Source: Eledone cirrhosa (taxonomy: Eukaryota). Taken from it: 64,000 nt of DNA. The translations under genes and the position numbers were made by a program. The stretch spans positions 8,370,001 to 8,434,000 of the forward strand of contig OZ024742.1 in the NCBI GenBank assembly GCA_964016885.1, in the 5' to 3' direction. Numbering within the stretch: position 1 is the stretch's first letter; each line of letters begins with the position of its first letter. Positions 12,001 to 24,813 of this stretch are shown here, piece after piece. The notes under the pieces were generated by a model. It searched no databases. It saw nothing but the letters and a program-made list of their open reading frames with translations, and was not told the DNA's origin.

Positions 12001-15000
12001 TAGTGTGGTGTAGTATGGTGTAGTGTGGTGTAGTATGGTGTAGTGTGGTGTAGTATGGTGTAGTGTGGTGTAGTAGTGTGGTGTAGTAGTGTGGTGTAGT
12101 ATGGTGTAGTGTGGTGTAGTATGGTGTAGTGTGGTGTAGTAGTGTGGTGTAGCATGGTGTAGTGTGGTGTAGTATGGTGTAGTGTTGTGTAGTGTGGTGT
12201 AGTAGTGTGGTGTAGTGTGGTGTAGTGTGGTGTAGTAGTGTGGTGTAGTATGGTGTAGTGTGGTGTAGTATGGTGTAGTGTGGTGTAGTAGTGTGGTGTA
12301 GTATGGTGTAGTAGTGCGGTGTAGTATGGTGTAGTGTGGTGTAGTAGTGTGGTGCGGTATGGTGTAGTGTGGTTTAGTAGTGTGGTGTAGTATGGTGCAG
12401 TGTGGTGTAGTATGGTGTAGTGTGGTGTAGTAGTGTGGTGTAGTATGGTGTAGTGTGGTGTAGTATGATGTAGTGTGGTGTAGTAGTGTGGTGTGGTATG
12501 GTGTAGTGTGGTGTAGTAGTGTGGTGTAGTATGGTGCAGTGTGGTGTAGTATGGTGTAGTGTGGTGTAGTAGTGTGGTGTAGTATGATGTAGTGTGGTGT
12601 AGTAGTGTGGTGTAGTATGGTGTAGTGTGGTGTAGTAGTGTGGTGTAGTATGGTGTAGTGTGGTGTAATATGGTGTAGTGTGGTGTAGTAGTGTGGTGTA
12701 GTATGGTGTAGTGTGGTGTGGTAGTGTGGTGTAGTAGTGGTGTGTAGTATGGTGTAGTACGGTGTAGTGTGGTGTAATAGTGTGGTGTAGTATTGTGTAG
12801 TAGTGTGGTGTAGTATGGTGTAGTAGTGTGGTGTAGTAGTGTGGTGTAGTGTGGTGTAGTAGTGTGGTGTAGTAGTGTGGTGTAGTGTGGTGTAGTAGTG
12901 TGGTGTAGTGTGGTGTAGTAGTGTGGTGTAGTAGTGTGGTGTAGTAGTGTGGTGTAGTGTGGTGTAGTGTGGCGTAGTAGTGTGGTGTAGTGTGGTGTAG
13001 TAGTGTGGTGTTGTATGGTGTAGTGTGGTGTAGTAGTGTTGTGTAGTAGTGTGGTGTAGTGTGGTGTAGTAGTGTGGTGTAGTAGTGTGGTGTAGTGTGG
13101 TGTAGTAGTGTGGTGTAGTAGTGTGGTGTAGTAGTGTGGTGTAGTGTGGTGTAGTAGTGTGGTGTAGTAGTGTGGTGTAGTAGTGTGGTGTAGTGTGGTG
13201 TAGTAGTGTGGTGTAGTGTGGTGTAGTAGTGTGGTGTAGTAGTGTGGTGTAGTAGTGTGGTGTAGTGTGGTGTAGTAGTGTGGTGTAGTAGTGTGGTGTA
13301 GTTTGGTGTAGTAGTGTGGTGTAGTAGTGTGGTGTAGTGTGGTGTAGTAGTGTGGTGTAGTGTGGTGTAGTAGTGTGGTGTAGTAGTGTGGTGTAGTAGT
13401 GTGGTGTAGTGTTGTGCAGTAGTGTGGTGTAGTGTGGTGTAGTAGTGTGGTGTAGTAGTGTGGTGTAGTAGTGTGGTGTAGTGTGGTGTAGTAGTGTGGT
13501 GTAGTGTGGTGTAGTAGTGTGGTGTAGTAGTGTGGTGTAGTAGTGTGGTGTAGTGTGGTGTAGTAGTGTGGTGTAGTAGTGTGGTGTTGTATGGTGTAGT
13601 GTGGTGTAGTAGTGTGGTGTAGTAGTGTGGTGTAGTGTGGTGTAGTAGTGTGGTGTAGTAGTGTGGTGTAGTAGTGTGGTGTAGTAGTGTGGTGTAGTGT
13701 GGTGTAGTAGTGTGGTGTAGTAGTGTGGTGTAGTGTGGTGTAGTAGTGTTGTGTAGTAGTGTGGTGTAGTAGTGTGGTGTAGTGTGGTGTAGTGTGGTGT
13801 AGTAGTGTGGTGTAGTAGTGTGGTGTAGTGTGGTGTAGTAGTGTGGTGTAGTGTGGTGTAGTATGGTGTAGTAGTGTGGTGTAGTATGGTGTAGTGTGGT
13901 GTAGTGTGGTGTAGTGTGGTGTAGTAGTGTGGTGTAGTAGTATGGTGTAGTGTGGTGTAGTAGTATGGTGTAGTAGTGTGGTGTAGTAGTATGGTGTAGT
14001 GTGGGGTAGTAGTGTGGTGTAGTATGGTGTAGTAGTGTGGTGTAGTAGTGTGGTGTAGTGTGGTGTAGTAGTGTGGTGTAGTAGTGTGGTGTAGTATGGT
14101 GTAGTGTGGTGTAGTATGGTGTAGTGTGGTGTAGTAGTGTGGTGTAGTATGGTGTAGTAGTGTGGTGTAATAGTGTGGTGTAGTATGGTGTAGTGTGGTG
14201 TAGTATGGTGAATTAGTGTGGTGTAGTATGGTGTAGTGTGGTGTAGTACTGTGGTGTAGTAGTATGGTGTAGTGTGGTGTAGTAGTGTGGTGTAGTAGTA
14301 TGGTGTAGTGTGGTGTAGTAGTGTGGTGTAGTAGTGTGGTGTAGTATGGTGTAGTATGGTGCAGTGTGGTGTAGTATGGTGTAGTGTGGTGTAGTGTGGT
14401 GTAGTAGTATGGTGTAGTGTGGTGTAGTAGTATGGTGTAGTATGGTGTAGTAGTGTGGTGTAGTAGTGTGGTGTAGTAGTGTGGTGTAGTATGGTGTAGT
14501 GTGGTGTAGTATGGTGTAGTAGTGTGGTGTAGTAGTATGGTGTATTGTGGTGTAGTAGTGTGGTGTAGTATGGTGTAGTGTGGTGTAGTATGGTGTAGTG
14601 TGGTGTAGTAATGTGGTGTAGTAGTATGGTGTAGTGTGGTGTAGTAGTGTGGTGTAGTATGGTGTAGTGTGGTGTAGTAGTGTGGTGTAGTAGTATGGTG
14701 TAGTGTGGTGTAGTAGTGTGGTGTAGTGTGGTGTAGTAGTGTGGTGTAGTAGTGTGGTGTAGTATGGTGTAGTGTGGTGTAGTGTGGTGTAGTAGTGTGG
14801 TGTAGTAGTGTGGTGTAGTATGGTGTAGTGTGGTGTAGTAGTGTGGTGTAGTAGTATGGTGTAGTGTGGTGTAGTAGTGTGGTGTAGTATGGTGTAGTGT
14901 GGTGTAGTAGTGTGGTGTAGTAGTATGGTGTAGTGTGGTGTAGTAGTGTGGTGTAGTGTGGTGTAGTAGTGTGGTGTAGTAGTGTGGTGTAGTATGGTGT

Positions 15001-15975
15001 AGTGTGGTGTAGTGTGGTGTAGTAGTGTGGTGTAGTAGTGTGGTGTAGTATGGTGTAGTGTGGTGTAGTAGTCTGGTGTAGCAGTGTGGGTTAGTATGGT
15101 GTAGTATGGTGCAGTGTGGTGTAGTATGGTGTAGTGTGGTGTAGTGTGGTGTAGTAGTATGGTGTAGTGTGGTGTAGTAGTATGGTGTAGTATGGTGTAG
15201 TGTGGTGTAGTGTGGTGTAGTAGTGTGGTGTAGTAGTGTGGTGTAGTATGGTGTAGTGTGGTGTAGCAGTGTGGTGTAGTATGGTGTAGTGTGGTGTAGT
15301 AGTGTGGTGTAGTAGTGTGGTGTAGTAGTGTGGTGTAGTATGGTGTAGTATGGTGTAGTAGTGTGGTGTAGTAGTGTGGTGTAGTGTGGTGTAGTAGTGT
15401 GGTGTAGTATGGTGTAGTGTGGTGTAGTAGTATGGTGTAGTGTGGTGTAGTAGTATGGTGTAGTATGGTGTAGTGTGGTGTAGTAGTGTGGTGTAGTAGT
15501 ATGGTGTAGTGTGGTGTAGTAGTGTGGTGTAGTATGGTGTAGTGTGGTGTAGTGTGTTGTAGTAGTGTGGTGTAGTAGTGTGGTGTAGTATGGTGTAGTG
15601 TGGTGTAGCAGTGTGGTGTAGTATGGTTTAGTGTGGTGTAGTAGTGTGGTGTAGCAGTGTGGTGTAGTATGGTGTAGTGTGGTGTAGTAGTGTGGTGTAG
15701 TAGTGTGGTGTAGTAGTGTGGTGTAGTATGGTGTAGTGTGGTGTAGTAGTGTGGTGTAGTATGGTGTAGTGTGGTGTAGTAGTGTGGTGTAGTATGGTGT
15801 AGTGTGGTGTAGTAGTGTGGTGTAGTATGGTGTAGTGTGGTGTAGTATGGTGTAATGTGGTGTAGTAGTGTGGTGTAGTATGGTGTAGTAGTGTGGTGTA
15901 GTATGGTGTAGTATGGTGTAGTAGTATGGTGTAGTAGTATGGTGTAGTATGGTGTAGTAGTATGGTGTAGTATGT
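1..15975. repeat. Complex tandem satellite built from GTAGTGTGGT / GTAGTATGGT (10 bp) and GTAGTAGTGTGGT (13 bp) units
   Basis: Continuous from window start to about 15975. The + strand is almost devoid of C. Confidence 0.99.
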
Positions 15976-16063
15976 TGTTGTGGGTAGAATGAAATCCTGC
16001 CTGTAGTTAGACAGAGAGGGAAGGAGGGATTGTTGAAAATGTAGAAAAGCCGTATGACAATGG

Positions 16064-16288
16064 TAGGACAGGGTGTGGCGGGGGCTGAGTGGTGTATATA
16101 TAGGACAGGGTGTGGCGGGGGCTGAGTGGTGTATATATAGGACAGGGTGTGGCGGGGGCTGAGTGGTGTATATATAGGACAGGGTGTGGCAGGGGCTGAG
16201 TGGTGTATATATAGGACAGGGTGTGGCAGGGGCTGAGTGGTGTATATATAGGACAGGGTGTGGCGGGGGCTGAGTGGTGTATATATAT
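16064..16288. repeat. 37-bp minisatellite, 6 copies (TAGGACAGGGTGTGGCGGGGGCTGAGTGGTGTATATA)
   Basis: Unit starts at 16064, 16101, 16138, 16175, 16212 and 16249. Confidence 0.97.
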
Positions 16289-16289
16289 T

Positions 16290-16760
16290 CAGAGACGTAA
16301 CGGGAACATAACAGAGGCAGTACAAACAAAGGTTTATTAGTTAAACGCTTTTGAGAGTGTGTGAGGGGGGGGGGCCTTTCGGGCATAATCCCTTCTTCAG
16401 GAGATAAGTGGGTGGAAAGAGAGTTCCGAGGGTGTGTGGGGGAGTGGTGGTGAGACATTTAGACAAAAAGGGGGGGGGGGTGTAAGGGGTACAAATAAAA
16501 ATAAAAATAAACATGAAGATAAAGAAGTGGTGGAAGGGTGTGGGCTTGTAGGGGTGGTGGCGTGTGGAGTGGGGAGAGGGAGGCGGGGTGTCCGAGCGGG
16601 GAGGGCTGAAGGTGGTGTTTGTTTTATGTGTGTAGGTGTACGTGTGTGTGTGTGTGTATGTGAATGTGAGAGTTGGGGGAAGAACGTGCTTCCATGTTCA
16701 GGAAAAGGTGTGTGTGTGTGGGGTGGGGGTGGGGTGGGGGTGTAGAACGGTGCGTGTGTA
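16290..16760 (-). mobile_element. 3' end (pLTR) fragment of the Neptune-type PLE with degenerate HHR
   Basis: Aligns by eye to 53430-53940. Minus strand reads CTGAAGA-AGGGATTATGCCC-GAAA at about 16377-16400, followed by AATAAA. Confidence 0.85.
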
Positions 16761-16761
16761 A

Positions 16762-17053
16762 CACACTCGATATGCTAATTAGGCTACTCAGCCGTTAATA
16801 TGCATAAGGAAAGTATATACTTTCAGACGTTCGATCATCTGGCAGGAACGTATACGGTGCCGACGATAGCTAACAAGCTTGAAACTAGTACAGCGTTCCT
16901 TTGTCAGTGTTGACCAAAAGGGCAATGTGCATGTATTTATATATATACATACTACTGTACGTCTGTATACATATATGTATGTACGTATACATACTTATAT
17001 TTAAGTAACAGCCGTACTAAGAGTGCGATATGAAATTTCGTTTCATTTATTCC

Positions 17054-17058
<5 letters not shown>
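16762..17058 (+). mobile_element. Family B non-autonomous HHR element, internally deleted copy
   Basis: Homologous to 17422-17959. HHR at 16855-16895 has a CCGACGA core. Ends in (TA)n. Confidence 0.85.
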
Positions 17059-17118
<60 letters not shown>

Positions 17119-17421
17119 GCCGTATTTTGACTAAAGAAATTAAAGAAATTATTTAGCCTGGGGTTAAGAACGCAAGGAGAAATGTACGTCAATACTCATC
17201 TTTTTCCATTTCTCCGAGGGTCCTTAGTCAAAATTCGGCGATAGCTTACATTTATAATAATTTCAAATCCGCTCACTCTTTAGAAAATATTCTTACATAT
17301 ATATATATATATTCAAAACAACAAACAGCGAAGGACGCGTTCCGGACTTGTCCGACAGACAACCTTTTCCCCCACCCCGGAAAAAACCCCAGTTGATGGA
17401 TGTGAATCCGAAATATATAGG

Positions 17422-17784
17422 GACGTACTAAGAGTGAGAAATGAAATTTCGTTTCATTCTATTCCAATTTATCGTTTTCGGTGCGCCTGGCCGACTGAAC
17501 TCACTCGATATGCAAATTAGGCTGCTCAGCCGTTAATTTTCATAAGGAAAGTATATACTTTCGAACGTTCAACCAACAGGCAGAAGGGTATACGGTGCTG
17601 ACGATAGCTAACAAGCTTGAAACTAGTACATCGTTCCTGTGTCAGTGTTGAACAAAAAGGTGACGTGGTGCCTTAACACCGTACGGCATAAATCAGGCTC
17701 TCCGTTTGTTTACAAACGAGCAAAGCGAATATTATAATAAATATTCGCTAAACTGATACGTAGATATCTATATGTGTGCCTGTA

Positions 17785-17848
<64 letters not shown>

Positions 17849-17954
17849 TGCTACTGTACTTCTGTATACATATATGTATGTACGTATACATACATACTTA
17901 CATTTAAGTAAGTGACGTACTGAGAGTGAGAAATGAAATTTCGTTTCATTCTAT

Positions 17955-17959
<5 letters not shown>
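17422..17959 (+). mobile_element. Family B HHR element, one monomer plus a 46-bp terminal direct repeat
   Basis: GACGTACT(A/G)AGAGTGAGAAATGAAATTTCGTTTCATTCTATTCCAA occurs at 17422 and 17914. Internal HHR present. (TA)n at the 3' end. Confidence 0.88.
17593..17633 (+). ncRNA. Minimal type I hammerhead ribozyme (family B)
   Basis: CGGTG-CTGACGA-TAGCT AACA AGCTT-GAAA-CTAG-TA-CATCG. Stem I is CGGTG/CATCG, stem III is palindromic, cleavage site GUA. Confidence 0.85.
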
Positions 17960-18020
<61 letters not shown>

Positions 18021-18140
18021 ATAATTAATATGTTAGGAAAAACACACAAGACGTGATTAGAATACACACACACATACACACACACAACACACACGCACGC
18101 ACACACACACACACACACGCACGCACACACACACACACAT

Positions 18141-18203
<63 letters not shown>

Positions 18204-18757
18204 AATTCGAACACCATCAACATTCAACATCCACCATAGACTCTAATACATTAACATATTTGCTTTAACTGCAGTATTCATTCATTTATATATGCATAAT
18301 AGCTTTGCTTGTCTCCTTCTCATGTATATCACTAACGCAGTTGCACTCTCCAAACGCTTGCAAATGAATTGTTAATGCACTCTTCCTTTCTCAAAACTAC
18401 TTCCTCAATGCCTCTTTAATATTTGGACTATTTCCTTGTTTTAACTGTTGCATGTATTCCACTCCGTATCTGTGTGTTTCTAAATATATTGTTAATAACT
18501 CCCTCTGGTCGAGCAATCTTTGAAGTGTGGGGACTGCTGGAAAGCTTCCATTACTCATACTTCTCGCCTCCTTCACCACCTCTTCTACGGCTTCGATATA
18601 AATACCCCCCTCCGCCTCCGTGGTATTTTCTTTGGGGTTATAAGAGGCTTAGCTCTGTTTCTCGACCGTTATATCGCGTGACTATCTCCCCCTCCGCCTG
18701 TTGGGATTCTTTCTCACGTCGTGTAGACGCGTTCTTGGGACTAGTAAAATGAGGTAT

Positions 18758-18845
18758 CCTCTTGATAAGTCGGCAGACCTCGCAGGGACTCTATATCTTT
18801 ATGATGTATTGTTTTTGTTTATGCCACGAAACTACGCAGTCGAGG
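18758..18845 (+). ncRNA. Hammerhead-like motif with U3-A8 variant core
   Basis: CCTC-TTGATAA-GTCGGCA...TGCCAC-GAAA-CTACGCAG-TC-GAGG. Stem I is CCTC/GAGG, cleavage site GUC. Confidence 0.65.
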
Positions 18846-18939
18846 AATCTAGGAGCAGTTTAGGTATGATACATTTTATTACTAATTATATCTAAATGTT
18901 TCTTCTCTCTTCATAATATATATATATATATATATATAC

Positions 18940-19385
18940 ATGGAAAGTTATATTTAAATTGTTGGGTTACAACTAGTAAATATTTATAACTGATATAAAA
19001 GCACTCGACAAGTATTTGGAGTATATTTACAATATTAAATAAATGGAAACTATATATATAAAACCATATTTATTTCATTATATATATTTCAGGGATATCA
19101 TATTAACAATATGCTATGCCTTCCTCAGACAAAATACAATATAAACAGTTTTATAGATAAATAGATTTGACATACCGTAACAACATCGACTTGTATTTGC
19201 CAAATCAACTTTTCAAATACAAGTCGATGTTGTTACGGTATGTCAAATCTATTTATCTAAAAAACTGTTTATATTGTATTTTGTCTGAGGAAGGCATAGC
19301 ATATTGTTAATATGATATCCCTGAAATATATATGATGAAATAAATATGGTTTTATAAATATAGTTTCCATTTATTTAATATTGTA
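18940..19385. mobile_element. Fold-back (palindromic) HHR element, apex near 19206
   Basis: 19028-19199 is the reverse complement of 19214-19385. HHRs at 19073-19134 (-) and 19279-19340 (+) have a CTGAGGA core. Flanked by (TA)n. Related to 28997-29355. Confidence 0.9.
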
Positions 19386-19408
19386 TATATATATATATAT
19401 ATATATTT

Positions 19409-20206
<798 letters not shown>

Positions 20207-20222
20207 ATATATATATATATAG

Positions 20223-20261
<39 letters not shown>

Positions 20262-20266
<5 letters not shown>

Positions 20267-20870
20267 GAAAAAGTGAAACGAAATTTCATTTCCCACTCTT
20301 AGTACGGCTGTTACTTAAATATAAGTATGTACACGTACATACATATATGTATACAGACGTACAGTAGTATGTATATATATATACATATATGCACACATAT
20401 ATATATGTACATATGGATTCACCGAACATTTATTATAATGCTCGGTGTGTTTGTAAACAAACATCCCGTATTAAGCCGTAGTGTCCAGCAACCATCGTTG
20501 CTCGTTTGTTCAACACTGACAAAGGAACGCTGTACTAGTTTCAAGCTTATTAGCTATCGTCAGCAACGTATACCTTCCTGCCACATTGTTGAACGTATAT
20601 ACTTACCTTATGCATACTAACGGCTGAGTAGCCCAATTTGCATATCGAGTTGGCTAATCGGCCGGGTGCACCGAAATGGATAAACGGAGAAAATGAAACT
20701 AAATTTCATTTCTTACTCTTAGTACGGCTGTTACTTAAATATAAGTATGTACACGTACGTACATACATATATGTATGCAGACGTACAGTAGTATGTATAT
20801 ATATATATATATATATACATGCACACATAATACCGAACATTTATTATAATATATATATATATATATATTT

Positions 20871-20872
<2 letters not shown>
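20262..20872 (-). mobile_element. Family B HHR element, about 419-nt monomer plus partial tandem copy
   Basis: Direct repeat begins at about 20262 and 20681. HHR at 20528-20568 (-): CGTTG-CTGACGA...GAAA-CTAG-TA-CAGCG. Confidence 0.88.
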
Positions 20873-20927
<55 letters not shown>

Positions 20928-21389
20928 CACGTAAATTCAACCAATAAGCGAAAGAAGGGCGAGATAAGTACGAATAGTGAATGTGAGAATTGGCTAAAAG
21001 AATTTATGTTAAACATTTTAAGCTGCAACAAAGAATGGTAGAAAGGAACGATGGGGTGTGGGTGGGGATTTGAAAGTAGGAAAGGAGGGAGAACAGGGAG
21101 GATAAGAGCAAAAATTGGGAGAAACAAGGAACATATTTAAACAAAGAGGTTGTTTTCTAAGATGCTTGAAAAAATCGGTTTAAAGATTTTTGCGTTTTTA
21201 CCCAGGAAAGAGTTGATGCCAATTTTTGTTTCAATGGTTATGAAAGGGAATTAAAGTGTTATAACGAAAAATAAAAGATAGAAAATGACGGGAGAGAACT
21301 ATTGAATTATCTTCTTGAAACACAACTCTATCTCTTACAGTTATATATAAAAATATAATAATATATAACTGGACAAACATTTACATCTC

Positions 21390-21590
21390 AAACCTTTGTA
21401 ACCAAATAGATATTTCGTGTTCCACTGTGTAACCACACAACCCTTTCCTTTTCAAACCTTTGTAACCAAACAGTTATTTCGTGTTCCACAGTGTAACCAC
21501 ACAAGCCTTTACTCCTGAGACCTTTATAACTATATTGTTATATACTATTCCACTTTGTAACCAGTAATATGTTATTCCATACATTGTTTA
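21390..21590. repeat. Degenerate 64-bp tandem repeat, about 3 copies
   Basis: AAACCTTTGTAACC...TTCCAC.GTGTAACCAC units start at 21390, 21454 and 21518. Confidence 0.75.
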
Positions 21591-22210
21591 ATGAAGTCTT
21601 AAATCAATGTGTTATTAGAGAGAATTGTGGACAACATGGATTTATATTGTTAGAAAGAGTGGATTACCACATGGCTACTTGTTTGTGAACAGTGGAGCAT
21701 AGAAACGTGTTGATCATTGTGATGTTTGAATCTCGAATCAAATGACACCATCCTAGCTTCAGTCTTGTTAACTCTACAATTAGTAGATTTCTAGAAGATT
21801 TTACCTGAATGAGACAATATTTCTACAGCCTGAACGAACCTTCACACATTCGTACGACGTTTCTATTCCTATCGTTAAGTATCTTATGCTCCATTTCTTT
21901 ACTTGAATATCCAGTGGGACCAAGGTTTGTGCGATTGTTAGTGTGGTTGTTGGTGATCTTGTTCTTTTATGTTATAGTTGATGAAGATGATGATGAAGAT
22001 GATGATGATGAAGATGTTATTGTTGTTATTGCGACACACACCAGCGTATGATAAGATGGTCTCTTCTGAAGAGCTTCTATCTTGAAGGAAGCTGCTTGGG
22101 TAGTTTAATAATATATAACTTATAGTCTAGAGGCCCAATCATCGACAAAGAAACTAAAATACCAGCACTAAACCATAATTAGTATACTTCAGATTGGTAC
22201 ATATACACAT

Positions 22211-22290
<80 letters not shown>

Positions 22291-22336
22291 GAGAGAATTG
22301 TGTCCGCGCATCGCCTGGAGACTTACCTGAGAATAG

Positions 22337-22418
22337 ACTCCCTGATGACGTAATGAATTCTCGATGGTTATATTACGTAACTATCTTTATCCCATTACAG
22401 AAACTAATTAGTTGGAGT
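22337..22418 (+). ncRNA. Type I hammerhead ribozyme, copy 1
   Basis: ACTCC-CTGATGA-(C)GTAATG...CATTAC(A)-GAAA-CTAATTAG-TT-GGAGT. Confidence 0.85.
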
Positions 22419-22868
22419 GAAAATTTTAGTAAGTAAGTTAATTTTAAATTTTCTTATTTTACGTCTTTCATATTATTGTTCTGCATCCTCCTGCATTGAA
22501 CCACCTAGGTACTATGACATAACTTATGTATTTGCTAGCATTAGTGTACATCTGTACGCATATGTTGGTAGATATTCTAAATTCTCTATATGTATCTCCA
22601 AATTATTTATTTGTTGAGCAAACCTGCCAAAACCACTACTAATTCATTGGTGTGGTAGTAGGCTTCTGTCATCTTACCAACCCACTCCTTCCGACTAGCC
22701 TCAGTGTCACGTGATTGATTCTTTAGAATCTGCCATTTGACCAGAGACAGCGAACTTTTTCAGTGCATGGAATCCAGTCCCCGCTAGCTGTTCCATCCAC
22801 CGAATTATTATTATTTTTATATGGGTCCCCAGTGTCCGCGCATTGCCTGGAGACTTAGCTGAGAATAG

Positions 22869-22950
22869 ACTCCCTGATGACGTAATGAATTCTCGATGGT
22901 TATATTACGTAACTATCTTTATCCCATTACAGAAACTAATTAGTTGGAGT
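22869..22950 (+). ncRNA. Type I hammerhead ribozyme, copy 2
   Basis: Same motif as 22337-22418, 532 nt downstream. Confidence 0.85.
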
Positions 22951-23008
22951 GAAAATTTTAGTAAGTAAGTTAATTTTTAATTTTTTTAAAATTTTCTTAT
23001 TTTACGTC

Positions 23009-23055
<47 letters not shown>

Positions 23056-23057
<2 letters not shown>

Positions 23058-23113
23058 AACGAGTAGGACCCCGACGGGTGAACTTCAGCTGTTTCGACGG
23101 CTAATTCTGGACC
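23056..23113 (-). mobile_element. Family C fragment
   Basis: GACCCCGACGG...GTTTCGACGGCTAATTCTGGA between (TA)n tracts. Confidence 0.8.
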
Positions 23114-23466
23114 ATATATATATATATATATATATATATATTCTATATGTATTCTATCCAACGTTCTAACGACTCTTCCAATTCACCGCCTGTAGAGGTA
23201 TATTCCATCCTATGGGGACCTAAAATATAACCGGTTAAATGTCTACTTGGAGTGACAGCCTTATTTATTCTCAAAGTATTGAAGTACGGAACAAAATAAA
23301 CCTAGATCTTTATATTTATGACTAACAGAAATGTCTAGTCAAGTTGATTTGAGTACATTGTAAATAAATTGTTTGTTTGAAAAACTCCTTTGTGAATTGT
23401 GCTTAATATTAGCTTTTGGAATGTTATTCACCCCCCACTCTCTATGTTTCTCATTCTTTCTTCCGC

Positions 23467-23538
<72 letters not shown>

Positions 23539-24011
23539 GTATATATGTACATATGAAAATATATGTGTACGTATCTATGTATGTGATTTAGTATATTTGA
23601 ACTAATCGATTATAGGAATTTTATTGAACTGAATGTTTGCAACACTTCAGTTGAAATAAGTTGTGTTTGGTGCAACCCAACTTTAACATTAGTCTGACTG
23701 TTGCAGTTGATTCTCGTTGTCTTCTTCGTTTTATCTTGTTTATGGGTATTTGCACATTCATTTGAGCAAGAGTGTGTACCTCTCTCTCACATCCACTCTC
23801 TATCGCTCTTTGACTTGTGTCAGACGTTGTAACCCAGGATGTACAAGCTGTACCGTTGGTAGTCCATGTCACCGGCCGAGGAACCTGAACATCTGTGTCT
23901 ATCGTTTGTATTTCTATTTTCAAGAAATAATTTTTAAGGTTTCCCCTTAAAAACAAAAAATGTTTTTCTTTTGCCTTGTTTTCGTTCGTTGCCTTGTCCT
24001 CTCTTTGTTAA

Positions 24012-24409
24012 CCAGGAGCTGATTATACAGAACGATTGGCGGTCTTCTAAAATTTCTAATTAAGCATATGGTATATTGCCAAATATACTATACATTCATT
24101 CATGTATACATCACTATTTCAGAGCACCAATCCTAATACCTAATTTTTGCTGAACCGGCAATCGCTCTGTATAATCAGGTCCTGATTAATACTGGAATTC
24201 TATAAGAATTCAGCTTCTATAATTTTCGGCGGAAGCATGAGAGTGCGTGGCTCTGATGAACACCAGCCAGCGTGAAACAGACTGTCGGCAACTCTGCCTT
24301 CTTTCGCAGAAAAGAAGTGACATAGTCACTACTTTTATACTGGTAGCGTATGGTCTTCTAAATGTTTTAATTAAACATACGGTATATTGCCAAATATACT
24401 ATACATACA

Positions 24410-24415
<6 letters not shown>
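24012..24415 (+). mobile_element. HHR element with 311-nt monomer, about 62-bp direct repeats and a short 5' inversion
   Basis: GGTCTTCTAAA...CATTCAT occurs at 24041 and 24352. 24013-24042 is the reverse complement of about 24155-24184. Confidence 0.8.
24250..24289 (+). ncRNA. Minimal type I hammerhead ribozyme
   Basis: GCT-CTGATGA-ACACCAGCCAGCGT-GAAA-CAGACTG-TC-GGC. Canonical core with GUC site. Confidence 0.8.
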
Positions 24416-24469
<54 letters not shown>

Positions 24470-24735
24470 AGGGCCTTCTTTCAAGGGGGTACCAGGGGAC
24501 AAGGCCCCACTTTTTCAAACGTCTATATTTCATTTTTTGCTTATTTGATATAATACATTCTTTTTAAGTTTATTTGTTTTATATCTGAACTTCATTTGAA
24601 TATATCAAATTTAATTACCGTAAAATTTTGCTTATGTGATAGGGTCCAGGAAAGGCACCATAGGCAATTTATTCTCCTTTAAGAATCAACAAATGCTGGC
24701 TTGTTCCCCTCACATTTTTGAGACAAACGAGGCTC

Positions 24736-24810
<75 letters not shown>

Positions 24811-24813
<3 letters not shown>

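Larger units (their letters stand above)
22300..23013 (+). mobile_element. HHR element with 532-nt monomer and about 175-bp direct repeats, each carrying a full HHR (retrozyme/pLTR-like)
   Basis: Repeat starts at 22300 and 22832. Flanked by (TA)n(GA)n on the left and (TA)n on the right. Confidence 0.9.

Noticed and set aside
1-15975. Telomere
   Set aside because: Not the TTAGGG repeat, and chromosome position is unknown.
16064-16288. 37-bp repeats as a CRISPR array (also the 24-bp and 49-bp arrays)
   Set aside because: No unique spacers, no cas genes, and a eukaryotic context.
951-16458. Giant His/Thr/Tyr/Pro ORFs (up to 2756 aa)
   Set aside because: All three minus frames are open because the satellite C-strand lacks stop codons. 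The 10/13-bp units are not codon-phased.
23621-23956. Possible host exon (RRCNPGCTSCTVGSPC on +, or 111-aa ORF on -)
   Set aside because: No recognisable domain or convincing splice pair. A homology search would be needed.
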